NCBI GenBank assembly: GCA_038064455.1
Contig: JBBTTB010000006.1
Span: forward strand, 5,147 to 69,146
Length of the DNA stretch: 64,000 nucleotides
Origin: Patescibacteria group bacterium
Lineage (GTDB): Bacteria; Patescibacteriota; Minisyncoccia; 2-02-FULL-40-12; GWA2-44-9
Reading direction: 5' to 3'
Part shown: one piece after another, positions 1-9,448 of the stretch
Position numbering within the stretch: position 1 is the first letter of the stretch
Layout: every line of letters begins with the position of its first letter
Notes under the pieces: model-generated
What the model was told of the DNA's origin: nothing
The model's input: only the letters and a program-made list of their open reading frames with translations
Database searches by the model: none
Program-made: the position numbers and the translations under genes

Positions 1-7
1 CGATAAA

Positions 8-928
8 GTGTTGGTGTTCTTGCAAACAACCTATTGGACGCCAAGCGTTTCTGATGTGGTGGTGAATGGCGGTATTTCACCAGTGGTACAGACACTTAAT
101 GCAGTGCTTGAAAGTGTGCGTGTGACGGGCGACGTGATTGCTTCAGGCATGAAGAAGACATGGTTTGCCACGCGCGACCTGTTTCCGAATGTGGACGTCT
201 CTATGATGGCTCAATTCTGGAATGGTCGTGAGATCGCGATTGATTCTACAACATCTGATCCCGATGCGAGCATTTTCCGCAGTGACGTAACATCGCAAGG
301 TGCCGAACAATCAAAGGTAGTTCTTGAAAACGGAGGCGAACAGCTCGCAACATTTGGTATTGATTCAACCCGTGGCGAAATCTTCCTCTCCGGGACTTCG
401 AACTTGAATAGTGGTAGCGCGAAAGTCTTCTTTGACTACTCATTCTCGGCACTTATCTCACAAGATGTGCCTATTCGTGTCTTACTCACGTCTGGCCCCG
501 GCATCGCTGGCACGCTCACGGTTCCGGTGAAAAACGAATTTGGCTTTACGGTTCAAGAATTTGGCCAATACAGTAATGGAACCTTTGATTGGCTCGTGAT
601 CGCCCGCCGTGCGGGTCAGGAGGCGGGGGATAGCGCAGTAGTAGGCCCAACCCCGACAGTTTCAGCGACACCTACACCAGCACCCACAGTTGACCCGACG
701 CCTACTCCCGATGTAGTGGCTTCGCCATCGCCAGAACCAACTCCCACTCCGACCATCGAGCCAACCCCGGCGCCAACCGTTGATCCAACACCCGCACCTA
801 CCGTAGATGTTTCCCCGACGCCTACTCCCGATGTAGTGGCTTCGCCATCGCCAGAACCAACTCCCACTCCGACCATCGAGCCAACCCCGGCACCAACGGT
901 AGAACCCTCTCCATCGCCATCTGTGTAA
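8..928 (+). CDS. Secreted or surface protein with a C-terminal Pro/Thr-rich tandem-repeat linker. Probably 5'-partial, since the window starts in-frame at a GTG.
   Basis: Long ORF. The C-terminal third is a PTPTPAPTV.. low-complexity region encoded by a 120-bp DNA tandem repeat. No catalytic motif recognised. Confidence 0.45.
   Translation: MLVFLQTTYWTPSVSDVVVNGGISPVVQTLNAVLESVRVTGDVIASGMKKTWFATRDLFPNVDVSMMAQFWNGREIAIDSTTSDPDASIFRSDVTSQGAEQSKVVLENGGEQLATFGIDSTRGEIFLSGTSNLNSGSAKVFFDYSFSALISQDVPIRVLLTSGPGIAGTLTVPVKNEFGFTVQEFGQYSNGTFDWLVIARRAGQEAGDSAVVGPTPTVSATPTPAPTVDPTPTPDVVASPSPEPTPTPTIEPTPAPTVDPTPAPTVDVSPTPTPDVVASPSPEPTPTPTIEPTPAPTVEPSPSPSV
661..905 (+). repeat. Tandem direct repeat of about 120 bp, two copies. 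About 80 bp are identical between 695-774 and 815-894. It encodes the PT-rich linker.
   Basis: Direct comparison of sequence 695-814 against 815-905. Confidence 0.8.
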
Positions 929-1003
929 TACGATGAAACCATGTCATGTCAAGATTGCGCCACGGAAAGCGGCGCAGGATAATAGAGGAGTAGCTCACAT
1001 GTA

Positions 1004-3451
1004 TTGCATGTCTGCGTACGGACCGAATGCACCCGTGCGGAGGCACACAATCGTGTGTTTATCATGAATATGTATGGCATGCCCGATGCAGTTCTTACTG
1101 CGTCGACTCCGCGTGTTGAGCGCGGACAAGAAGAGGGAATATATCGCACCATTGCGAAGTGGGCGGTGCTCGTGTTCGCGTTTCTACTTCCGCTGTTTGT
1201 GCTCCCCGTAACGAGTGCGATGATAGAAGCGAATAAGTTTGTGTTTTTGATTGTTGTGGCGAGCGTTGCGCTTATCGCATGGTTCCTCGGCATCGTTGTC
1301 TCGGGGACATTGCGCGTGCGCGTATCACCAATACTTACCATCTTAGCGGCGTTTATTGGCGCGGGGATTCTTGCGACGGCACTCTCGGTATCGCCGGAAA
1401 AGAGTTTGTTTGGGAATGGCATTGTCTTTGCCGGTTCGCTCACGAGCATCATTGCGCTCTCGGCGATCGCATGTGTGGCGCTTCACGTATTTGACGATCG
1501 TGGTCGTGTGCTCGCAAAAACGCTTGGTGCTGGCACCCTGCTTGCCCTGGTGATTGGGTTACTGCAGTTGTTAGAGATTTATATCCTTGGCGTTGATGCG
1601 TTTGGTTCTCGTGCATTCAACACCGTCGGTTCCGTGAACGCGCTCGGCATGCTTGCCGCGTTCTCACTTCCGCTGTTTGCGAAGCTACGCCTGCCACTGC
1701 CGCGCCTTAAGAAGGCGAACGTGGCACTTGTGGGAGTGGTGGTGAGTTTAGCAATCTTGGTGATTTTGAACTGGTGGGTATTCTGGGTTGTTACGATTGC
1801 CGGCATGATCGGTCTTATTATCTGGGATAGCGTTGCTTCGCTACGTATGGGAGAGCGTAAATTCCGCATGGCACACTTTCTTCTGCCCATGACCGTTATC
1901 GTGCTTGGAGTGTTTCTTCTCATCGTACACTTCTCGGTTCCTACGGTGCGTAATGCGCTCCCTGTAGAAGTTGCACCATCGTTCGGCCTTTCATGGGATG
2001 TGATGATTAAGACATTTGGGAAGAATTTGATCTCTGGGTTTGGCCAGGAAAACTTCCTTCTCGCGTTTGACCGCTTTGGCGCACAGCGTCTTGCGCAGAC
2101 GACACTTGGGGATATTCGCTTCCTCTCTGGCACCTCTGAAGCTATGACGATGGTGGTAGAGCAGGGTGCGGTTGGTATCTTGGCGCTTGGCACTATGCTA
2201 TGGATGTTTGGTCTTGCGCTCGTGCGCATGGCGCGACGCGTGCAAAGTGATGAAGCGGTGCACGGCGCAGTCTTTAGTATGGCAGTCGCTATGTTGGTTG
2301 GCTTCTTTCTCTTCTCATTTGAAGGAACGCTGATGGGTGTGTTTTTTCTCCTGCTTGCGTTGGTGGCGCTTGCGGCTGCAGCGGATCACGAAGAGCTTAT
2401 TCACATTGAAGAGCGTCCGGCGTGGTCGCTTGCAGCTTCACTGGGCTTTATTACAGTGCTTATTAGTGTCCTGACTGGTGGTTACTTTGTTGCTTCGGCA
2501 TATACGGGTGATGTGCAGTTCGCAAAAGCGTTGCGTGTTACCGATAATGCTCAAGCAAGCGAAAGTATGGCTCGCGCGCTTGCATGGGCGCCTGATACTG
2601 ACCGCTATTTACGCGCTATTGCACAGCGTCAGGTTGCGATTATAGGCACGGAAATAAACGCCCCTGCGGGATCACAAGATGCCGAACGTCAAGCGCGCAT
2701 CCAAACCGCGGTCAATAATGCTATCGGCGCCGCGCGGCGTGCAACAGAAGCTGACTCTTCAGACTCATTGAACTGGTTTACCCTTGCTACAACCTACCAA
2801 CAATTGTTAGGCGTACTAGAAAATGCTGACGGTCTTGCCGAAGATGCCTATAAGAAAACGGCCGATCTCCGTCCGGGAGATCCAACCTTCAGTAATCAGC
2901 TGGGTACGATGTATTTAGCAAAAGCGGATCTTTCCCGCCAGCTTGCTCGCAATGCCGGTGCAAATGCTTCGCGTTTCAACGCGGAAGCAGAGGCTTCGCT
3001 GATCAAGGCAGAAGAACATTTCAAGAAAGCGATTGAAATGTCTTCGAACTTTGGGCAAGCGATCTATAATCTCGGCGCCGTCTACGATCGCCAAGGGAAG
3101 GTAAAAGATGCTATTCGTGAATTAGAGCGCATTGTTCCAGCAAACGCGAACAACGCGAATATGCTCTTTGAACTTGGCTTGCTCTACTATCGCGATGATC
3201 GCAAAACTGACGCGGTCGCAGCATTCGAACGTGCCGTGTTAATCTCTCCTGATTTCAGTAATGCGCGCTGGTATCTCGCCCTTATCTTAGAAGAGCAGAA
3301 GAAGCTCCCCGAAGCTATTGAGCAGGTACAGCGCATATTGTCTCTCGAGGCGAACAAAGATAACGAGACGATCCAAGAGAAACTCGTTCAGCTCGAACAG
3401 GGCCTCGCGACCATCGGCCCTGACGGTGCACTTGATGAAAAGCCATTGTAA
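1004..3451 (+). CDS. Polytopic membrane protein, O-antigen ligase/Wzy-like, with a C-terminal TPR-repeat domain.
   Basis: The N-terminal two thirds is very hydrophobic with many predicted TM helices. The C-terminal 250 aa has TPR-like repeats (AIYNLGAVYDRQGK.., LFELGLLYYRDD.., ARWYLALILEEQKK). Start is ambiguous: TTG at 1004 with a GAGGAG RBS, or ATG at 1064/1070. Confidence 0.55.
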   Translation: MHVCVRTECTRAEAHNRVFIMNMYGMPDAVLTASTPRVERGQEEGIYRTIAKWAVLVFAFLLPLFVLPVTSAMIEANKFVFLIVVASVALIAWFLGIVVSGTLRVRVSPILTILAAFIGAGILATALSVSPEKSLFGNGIVFAGSLTSIIALSAIACVALHVFDDRGRVLAKTLGAGTLLALVIGLLQLLEIYILGVDAFGSRAFNTVGSVNALGMLAAFSLPLFAKLRLPLPRLKKANVALVGVVVSLAILVILNWWVFWVVTIAGMIGLIIWDSVASLRMGERKFRMAHFLLPMTVIVLGVFLLIVHFSVPTVRNALPVEVAPSFGLSWDVMIKTFGKNLISGFGQENFLLAFDRFGAQRLAQTTLGDIRFLSGTSEAMTMVVEQGAVGILALGTMLWMFGLALVRMARRVQSDEAVHGAVFSMAVAMLVGFFLFSFEGTLMGVFFLLLALVALAAAADHEELIHIEERPAWSLAASLGFITVLISVLTGGYFVASAYTGDVQFAKALRVTDNAQASESMARALAWAPDTDRYLRAIAQRQVAIIGTEINAPAGSQDAERQARIQTAVNNAIGAARRATEADSSDSLNWFTLATTYQQLLGVLENADGLAEDAYKKTADLRPGDPTFSNQLGTMYLAKADLSRQLARNAGANASRFNAEAEASLIKAEEHFKKAIEMSSNFGQAIYNLGAVYDRQGKVKDAIRELERIVPANANNANMLFELGLLYYRDDRKTDAVAAFERAVLISPDFSNARWYLALILEEQKKLPEAIEQVQRILSLEANKDNETIQEKLVQLEQGLATIGPDGALDEKPL

Positions 3452-4425
3452 TGAACATCCCTCGCATTCAGATCTCACAAAAGGTTGCGCTTGCATGGAG
3501 TATCACGGGAGCCTTCATTCTCGCGCTCGCGTATGTGCTCGCAGTGCCTGTTGGTGGCGCGCCACGTGAGATTTCCATTGCGAAAGGGCTTGGTACGGAT
3601 GCAATCGCTCGCACTCTCAAGGGTGCGGGCGTTGTGCGCTCATCTCTGGTGTTCTCGTTGTTGGTGCGCGCGCTTGGTGAGGATGGAAATTTACGCGCAG
3701 GGCGCTATATCATACACCCGCGCGACGAGAGTGCGTGGGACATTGCACTTAAAATGGCGGCTGGGCGAGCAGAGCCAGAAGACATTCGCGTGCTTGTTTA
3801 TGAGGGCATGAATGTATGGGAAGTTGACGGCCAACTTGCGGCGGTTGGTCTTATCTCGCGTGGGGCATTTGCAAAAGAGTGGTATCAAGACGAGGGGACA
3901 TTTTTCCCTGACACGTATCGTTTTCTGCCCGGAACAAGTGTTACTGAAATGGGGCGAACTATGCAAGAAAACTTTCGTGCAAAGGCCGGGTTCCCACGAC
4001 AAGATACCCTCATCGTTGCTTCAATGCTTGAGAAAGAAGGAAAGACACAAGAAGAACTGGAACTTATCGCTGGAGTCATCCAAAATCGCATAAAGCGGGG
4101 AATGCCACTTCAGCTCGATGCATCAGTGATCTACGGTGCCTGTATGCGTTCCTGGAAGGCCCAGGGCATGCGTGGTACCTGTGATGTGACCGATGTGCCA
4201 TCGGGGAGGGAAGCGGTCATAGATTCACCATATAACACGTATACACGCAAAGGGTTGCCAGAAAGCCCTATTGCTAACCCGGGGGCGATGGCGATAAAAG
4301 CGGCTGAACACCCGAAGGCATCAAAGTTTTTATATTATCTGTCACCACGCGATGGTAGTAGAGTTATTTTTACCGAAACGTACGCAGAGCATGTACGTAA
4401 TCGCGCGAAGTATTTAGGGATTTAG
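3451..4425 (+). CDS. mltG: Endolytic murein transglycosylase MltG (YceG family).
   Basis: N-terminal TM anchor plus a YceG-like domain (RAGRYIIHP.., C-terminal SPIANPG motif region). ATG overlaps the upstream stop (TAATG). Confidence 0.75.
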   Translation: MNIPRIQISQKVALAWSITGAFILALAYVLAVPVGGAPREISIAKGLGTDAIARTLKGAGVVRSSLVFSLLVRALGEDGNLRAGRYIIHPRDESAWDIALKMAAGRAEPEDIRVLVYEGMNVWEVDGQLAAVGLISRGAFAKEWYQDEGTFFPDTYRFLPGTSVTEMGRTMQENFRAKAGFPRQDTLIVASMLEKEGKTQEELELIAGVIQNRIKRGMPLQLDASVIYGACMRSWKAQGMRGTCDVTDVPSGREAVIDSPYNTYTRKGLPESPIANPGAMAIKAAEHPKASKFLYYLSPRDGSRVIFTETYAEHVRNRAKYLGI

Positions 4426-4440
4426 GTTGGCGTGTATTCT

Positions 4441-4549
4441 GCAAAACCCTACCCAAAGACTCAGCACGCTGTCGCCGCCCTACTGGCGGCGCATCTAGTT
4501 CTCGCACCGTCGTGCTCCGAAATGCTTCGCGTATTGGGTAGGGTTTTGC
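4441..4549 (+). ncRNA. Candidate structured RNA or cis-regulatory leader upstream of rplJ. A 15-bp perfect inverted repeat encloses nested hairpins.
   Basis: gcaaaaccctaccca (4441-4455) pairs with tgggtagggttttgc (4535-4549). Internal hairpins are GCCGCC-ctact-GGCGGC and agcacg/cgtgct. It lies in a 480-bp ORF-free gap before rplJ. Confidence 0.35.
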
Positions 4550-4847
4550 CCATACGTTAGTGTGTCGCCTGTGCCCTCGGTTCTACCCTCTCGCAGCCCG
4601 AACAGTAAGAGTTGCTCAATAACGTAAGGTGAGGGCGAGTAGGAGCGCGAGCATTCGCAGGATGCTCGACGCGTGGTAGAGAGAGGGCATAGGCAACGTG
4701 AGAGGCGGGTATTGAGTGGTATACACTCAATACGGCAGCTTTTCTCGTAGATTCTTGCATTTTATGGGCTTTTTTGTATACTTGTCCGTAAGCCGTAGAC
4801 AGCGGGCGTCCATAAGACCCGCCGAGGAAATACTCTTCAAAAGAGTC

Positions 4848-4875
4848 TGCGGCTGCGCGCAGGCTTTTTTAATTG
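4848..4875 (+). terminator. Candidate intrinsic terminator or attenuator hairpin (ctgcg..cgcag followed by TTTTTT) about 40 nt upstream of rplJ.
   Basis: GC stem followed by a T6 run. Confidence 0.4.
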
Positions 4876-4909
4876 GTCGAAGCGCGTAGCATAAACCGTA
4901 GTTTGTACC

Positions 4910-5581
4910 ATGAAAACACGAACACAGAAGGCAACAGAGCTTTCTCTCTTAAAAGAGAAGCTCCCGAAAGCAACGATTCGCATCTTCACCACGTTTGCAC
5001 GTGATGGGGAGAAAGGATTGTCGGTTGCAGAGATGCAGCAGCTCAAGCGCGCCCTTCGTAAGATCGGGGCAGAATTCCTGATCGCAAAGAAGAACTTGGT
5101 CGCTATCGCATCCAGCGACTTGCAATACGACGGCGTCGATGTCTTCAGCATGAATGGTTCCGTTGGAATCGCACTTGCGGAAGGTGATCAGTATGCCGCC
5201 GCTCGAGAAGTCTACAAGTTTGCTAAAGAGCACGAAGCACTCAAGCTCTACAGTGCATGGGGTGATGGCTACATTACACCAGAACTGCTCGCTGAAATGG
5301 CTACTATGCCGTCACGCGAAGAGTTGGTAGTACGTCTCTTGGGTATGCTCCAGTATCCGATCCGCTCGCTCGCGATGGTCTTGCAACAGATTGCTGACAA
5401 GCAACCTGCGGCACCTGCGCCCGTCACCGCCGAAGGCGGGACCCCGCAAAATGCGGTGGTAGCGGAACCGGTAGCGCCAGTTGTTGAAGAAGCCGCTCCT
5501 GCTCCGGATGTGTCAGCGGAAGCTCCCGCAGAAACACCGGCAGAAGCACCTGCAGTAAGCGAAACGCCTGCTGCTGAATAA
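4910..5581 (+). CDS. rplJ: 50S ribosomal protein L10.
   Basis: Typical L10 N-terminus (..LKEKLPKATIRIFTTFA.. GLSVAEMQQLKRALR). Ala/Pro/Glu-rich C-terminal tail. Confidence 0.9.
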   Translation: MKTRTQKATELSLLKEKLPKATIRIFTTFARDGEKGLSVAEMQQLKRALRKIGAEFLIAKKNLVAIASSDLQYDGVDVFSMNGSVGIALAEGDQYAAAREVYKFAKEHEALKLYSAWGDGYITPELLAEMATMPSREELVVRLLGMLQYPIRSLAMVLQQIADKQPAAPAPVTAEGGTPQNAVVAEPVAPVVEEAAPAPDVSAEAPAETPAEAPAVSETPAAE

Positions 5582-5587
5582 CCACGT

Positions 5588-5950
5588 ATGGACAAAGCAA
5601 CATTTATTGAACACATTGAAAAGATGAGTGTCAGCGAGCTCAATGAGCTCGTCAAGGGGCTCGAAGAGAAGTTCGGTGTCTCCGCCGCGGCATTTGCCAT
5701 GGCAGCACCAGCAGCGGGTGGCGCAGCAGCGGAAGAGAAGGATTCCTTCACCGTTGTACTCACCAACGCTGGCGAGCAGAAGATTCAGGTCATTAAGGTT
5801 CTCCGCGAATTGACCGGCCTCGGCCTCAAGGAAGTGAAGGACATGACCGACAATGTTCCTGCGACCGTCAAAGAGGAAGTAAAGAAAGCAGATGCAGAAG
5901 ACATGAAGAAGAAGTTGATGGATGCTGGCGCAACGGTTGACCTCAAGTAA
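5588..5950 (+). CDS. rplL: 50S ribosomal protein L7/L12.
   Basis: Canonical L7/L12: an Ala-rich hinge and the C-terminal domain ..[21 protein letters not shown]...AGATVDLK. Confidence 0.95.
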   Translation: MDKATFIEHIEKMSVSELNELVKGLEEKFGVSAAAFAMAAPAAGGAAAEEKDSFTVVLTNAGEQKIQVIKVLRELTGLGLKEVKDMTDNVPATVKEEVKKADAEDMKKKLMDAGATVDLK

Positions 5951-5972
5951 GCCACTACGCAGGTAGCATCAT

Positions 5973-5995
5973 AAAAGCCCCGTGAGGGGCTTTTA
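5973..5995 (+). terminator. Rho-independent terminator after rplL.
   Basis: GCCCC-GTGA-GGGGC hairpin followed by TTTT. Confidence 0.8.
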
Positions 5996-6118
5996 TGATA
6001 TGGGAGTGAGGACTTGTAAGAATGCTTTAGATATTGTATAATATAAATCTGTTCCTTAAGGTGAAAAACACTTCAATGGCAGAAAAACTGCCGTTGGCAT
6101 AGTGCTAAGGAATGGGTA

Positions 6119-6649
6119 GTGAGGTGCGACATGCGTTGGTTCAGTCTCTGTTGGCTTTTTGCGGTGTCCATCGCGCTCGGTGTGAGTGGCACTGGGATCG
6201 GTTTCATCTTGGGTTTCATGGGCTTGCCGGTTCTGCTCTGGCATCTGGCGGTGATGCATCAGGCCCAAGCCTACTGCGATCTCGTGACCTGCGCCACGCG
6301 CGAAATGCGCATGACGATGTTGGGCGAGTTGGCGCAGAAACTACACGACGCACACGAAGACAACGTCGAACTGCAGCTTCTGGCGTCGCGGCAATCGCTG
6401 ATGGAAGCAGAGAACACCATAGGCGATCCGGAGGCTCGTGCCAAGACGCTGCTGGAGTGGCGCAAGGAGAATGAGGCGCGACTGAAGAAGGAGCAGAAGC
6501 AAGTGGATCGGAAGATTCGCGAGGCGAAACAAGACTTCTGGCGCGCCGCGGGCGTCGTGCATGCGCAGCATGAGGGCCACGCGATGCCCAAGTCGTACAA
6601 GGAGCTGTTGCCGCCCAAGGACGCCGTGCCAGCGTACGACCCCGACTAA
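6119..6649 (+). CDS. Hypothetical GC-rich membrane protein with two N-terminal TM helices and a charged coiled-coil C-terminal half.
   Basis: ORF with its own AT-rich promoter-like box (ttgtataatat, about 6030-6050) and its own terminator. GC is visibly above that of its neighbours. No recognisable family. Confidence 0.4.
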   Translation: MRCDMRWFSLCWLFAVSIALGVSGTGIGFILGFMGLPVLLWHLAVMHQAQAYCDLVTCATREMRMTMLGELAQKLHDAHEDNVELQLLASRQSLMEAENTIGDPEARAKTLLEWRKENEARLKKEQKQVDRKIREAKQDFWRAAGVVHAQHEGHAMPKSYKELLPPKDAVPAYDPD

Positions 6650-6665
6650 GTCCCTACAACAGGGC

Positions 6666-6700
6666 AACGCCAGTGGAGAGCATCTCCACTGGCGTTTTCA
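6666..6700 (+). terminator. Rho-independent terminator.
   Basis: Perfect 14-bp stem aacgccagtggaga/tctccactggcgtt with a 3-nt loop, then TTTT. Confidence 0.85.
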
Positions 6701-6724
6701 TTTCTATACGCTGCTTTCTATTCC

Positions 6725-8659
6725 TTACTGCACCTGCCAGACTTTTTGATCTTCAGTGAGGTAGAAGAGCGAGCCGTTTGGATGCACTGTCGCGGTGACC
6801 ACCTCGTGCTCTTCAGGGAAGGTGATCGTCTTAAAGAGCGAGCCACTCTTCTTATCTACGAGGTAGAGACGATTGAGCGTTGTATCAAGAATGTAGACAT
6901 ACGGGAGGTCTACGCCAGTAAAGAGTTGTGATGCAGGGGATACAGGAAGGCCAGTGCTTACTTCTCCCGTGCGCTCGCCCTTGTAATAGGTGAGGAGGGT
7001 GCCCGTTGTGGTGACTGCGTAGATGTTCCCATCAATGGCGATATCTACGACATCTGCAGGAAGTGAAGCACTACTCTTGAGCCATGCACTTGCGGTGCCT
7101 TTGCCCTGCGCTGCTCCTGAAACGCGCATAATGGTGCTATTTGCAACGCCGTAGAGATTGTCTCCAAATTGTTCAAGATGCGCGAGGGCGGTGGAAAGGG
7201 TGATAGGGGTGACGCTCTGGCCCTTCACCGATGCGGCGTTGGTACCAGCAATAACCGTGTGAAGGGAATCGCTTCCCGTAAGCGCGGTTGCCTGTGCGGG
7301 AACGGTAACCGAGTCAGCAATAGCGGAGGTGCTAATGGCGTTTAATGTGCCGACGGTTTCGGTGGTGCGATACACATACAAGCCGTTCTGTGCAGCGATG
7401 TAGCTGATCTTTGCTTCTTCTTTGCTGTTATCAAATGCGAGTTGCGGTTCAGCGAGTTTTGCCTGATCAAGAGCATCGAGCTCCGCAAAAAGTTCAGAGC
7501 GTATTTCTTGTGCTGCGGTTGATGCGCTGTCTCCAGAGATAAATGGGTTGAGCGCGGCAAGTGATGCGCCCAAGAGGGTTCGTGCTTCCGGAATCTCATT
7601 TTGGTTTACTTTAGTTTTAGCGATCTTCATTTGATCGCGGACATCGGAGATGACTGTTGCGAGGGCTTCTTCTTCTGCGGAGGGCGTCACGAGGGATCGC
7701 ACAAAGAGGGTGCCACCAACGAGTGCGGCGATCATGACGACGAGGCCAATAGCGCGCGAGCGTGGGTTGAGGTCAGTGAGGCCAAGACGGCGGAAGAATG
7801 CCATGACGGGGTTCTTTTTTCGCCCCAACGAGAATTCGGAAGGAATGATGCGAGGAATGGTTTCTTCGCTTCCGAGCGATGTTGGTTGCGCGATGGGGGG
7901 CGTGTCGTGTTGAGGCGCCTGCGCAAAGCGGACTTGCTGTTGTTGTGGCTCTGGTACAAATGACGGTGCCGGCGCGGTGATTTCTCGGATCTTCTGCACG
8001 GTGATGTAGAGTGCGGCGCAGGAGAACGTATCTTTCTGTTCGCGAATAGCGGCAAGCTTTGCGATGAAGGCGTCTTTGTCGAGTTTGTCGAAATCACTCT
8101 TCACAAAGCGCTCTCGTGTGGTGAGCGAGCGATTGGGGAAGAGCGCAAGGAGGCGATCGTGTTCCTGCACTTTGCCGGAGATGATATTTGAGAATTGGCT
8201 GCCAGTGGCATCGGCATCTTTTTCGAAATGCTCTACATTGTTAAGTACATCAACAATGCCGCCCGTGCGCGCGAGGAACAGTTTAAACTTTCCGAGTTTG
8301 GAAATGAGGAGCGAGCCGTCAGCGATGGTGAAGATGCCCATGTTAATCTTTGCACCATTGTTTTCAAACAATTCGGAAACAACTTCGTTTACTTTGCGAA
8401 GCGTGTTTGAGAATGCATCTTTAATAGCAATGCCAGGGCGCGCGTAGTATTCACGCTTTGCAAGCGCGGCAATGAGGTTGAGCGCGTAGGCGAGATCATC
8501 AGTGGGGTGGCTGATGTTGCCGACCACGAAGAGATTACCCAACATGCGGGTGCTGTCTTGCTCGTCGGAGCTGTATGAGAATGCGTCCGCGGGTCCTTCA
8601 GGGTTCGCGCCAGAGATAGAGATTTCGTGGGCAATCGGCTTTAAAGTGATTTTTTCCAT
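6725..8659 (-). CDS. Single-pass membrane protein with an N-terminal cytoplasmic PP2C/SpoIIE-like domain (possibly a degenerate phosphatase) and a large C-terminal extracytoplasmic domain.
   Basis: N-terminal region has the pattern ..GNLFVVGNISHPTDDLAYALNLIAA.. / ..GIFTIADGSLLISKLGKFKLFLARTGG.., reminiscent of SpoIIE-type PP2C motifs but with Asp positions replaced. TM segment LVVMIAALVGGTLFV. Beta-rich C-terminus. Confidence 0.45.
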   Translation of the reverse strand: MEKITLKPIAHEISISGANPEGPADAFSYSSDEQDSTRMLGNLFVVGNISHPTDDLAYALNLIAALAKREYYARPGIAIKDAFSNTLRKVNEVVSELFENNGAKINMGIFTIADGSLLISKLGKFKLFLARTGGIVDVLNNVEHFEKDADATGSQFSNIISGKVQEHDRLLALFPNRSLTTRERFVKSDFDKLDKDAFIAKLAAIREQKDTFSCAALYITVQKIREITAPAPSFVPEPQQQQVRFAQAPQHDTPPIAQPTSLGSEETIPRIIPSEFSLGRKKNPVMAFFRRLGLTDLNPRSRAIGLVVMIAALVGGTLFVRSLVTPSAEEEALATVISDVRDQMKIAKTKVNQNEIPEARTLLGASLAALNPFISGDSASTAAQEIRSELFAELDALDQAKLAEPQLAFDNSKEEAKISYIAAQNGLYVYRTTETVGTLNAISTSAIADSVTVPAQATALTGSDSLHTVIAGTNAASVKGQSVTPITLSTALAHLEQFGDNLYGVANSTIMRVSGAAQGKGTASAWLKSSASLPADVVDIAIDGNIYAVTTTGTLLTYYKGERTGEVSTGLPVSPASQLFTGVDLPYVYILDTTLNRLYLVDKKSGSLFKTITFPEEHEVVTATVHPNGSLFYLTEDQKVWQVQ

Positions 8660-8753
8660 GGGGTTTACTTTTCGAGTCCTCTACGCTAGACTGCGCGGGA
8701 TATTTTCAGGGCGCAGAACGTACTACCTGCATTCTACTGAAACGTCTGACCAT

Positions 8754-8954
8754 ATGTCAAAGAGTGTTCTGGATAACCTGTTTGGTTCGCGTGCGCGAGT
8801 CAAAATCTTAAAATTTATTTTTCGGACACATCCGGAACAGTTTACGTTTCGCGATGTTGTTCAACGCACGCAAGAGTCAGAAGATATTGTAAAAAAGGAG
8901 CTTGCCGTCCTTGAAAGTATGCACTTAGTGCGTCGCATAAGCAACGGTTCATAA
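8754..8954 (+). CDS. Small winged-helix DNA-binding protein, 66 aa.
   Basis: ..FTFRDVVQRTQESEDIVKKELAVLESMHLVRRISNG is a helix-turn-helix-wing pattern. It sits directly upstream of the next gene, which it may regulate. Confidence 0.4.
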   Translation: MSKSVLDNLFGSRARVKILKFIFRTHPEQFTFRDVVQRTQESEDIVKKELAVLESMHLVRRISNGS

Positions 8955-8956
8955 GT

Positions 8957-9448
8957 ATGCCTCCAAAGAAACGAAATCGCACTGGGAAGCGGAAAAAGAA
9001 AGCACGCACGCCAAAACGTGTGGTGCGTCCGCGCGTGGTGATGCCCGGCCCAACCTATGTGGTGAATAAAGAATTCGCGTTCTTTAACGAACTGCATTCA
9101 CTTATTTTAAAACCATCTCCTGCAGAGCGCGGCGAGTTGATGCGCCGCATTGCGTCACTTGGTCGCGTGAAGCTCGCGGTTATCTCCGGAGTCTTTTTAA
9201 ATACACCAGATCAAACAGCGCTCATTGATACGAACGCACCAACCGACTTGTTTTTAGTAGCAGATGATTATAGTAAACAAAAACTCTCTGCATTTTTGAA
9301 AGCCCTTGAATCAGAAGTAGGCAAGGAAATAAAGTTTGGTATCATGGATAGGGAAGAGTTTATGTATCGTTTTGGCATGTTCGATCGCTTCGTGCGCGTG
9401 CTCCTTGAGGGGCCCCACGAGAAGTTGATTAACAAGCTTGGCATTTAG
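8957..9448 (+). CDS. Hypothetical protein with a strongly basic N-terminus (KKRNRTGKRKKKARTPKR) and a possible minimal nucleotidyltransferase-like core.
   Basis: ORF. Basic tail plus ..LAVISGVFLN..DLFLVADD.. (weak similarity to the NTase fold). Its stop overlaps the tRNA 5' end by 1 nt. Confidence 0.4.
   Translation: MPPKKRNRTGKRKKKARTPKRVVRPRVVMPGPTYVVNKEFAFFNELHSLILKPSPAERGELMRRIASLGRVKLAVISGVFLNTPDQTALIDTNAPTDLFLVADDYSKQKLSAFLKALESEVGKEIKFGIMDREEFMYRFGMFDRFVRVLLEGPHEKLINKLGI

Noticed and set aside
616-942. Minus-strand 108-aa Gly/Val-rich ORF.
   Set aside because: It is the antisense shadow of the PT-rich repeat region.
4557-4760. Possible RNase P, tmRNA or SRP RNA in the rplJ upstream gap.
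   Set aside because: I looked for P4 (GGAAAGUCCGG / ACAGAAUCCGGCUUA), the tmRNA 3' end and SRP domain IV motifs on both strands and found none. It stays an unclassified structured region.
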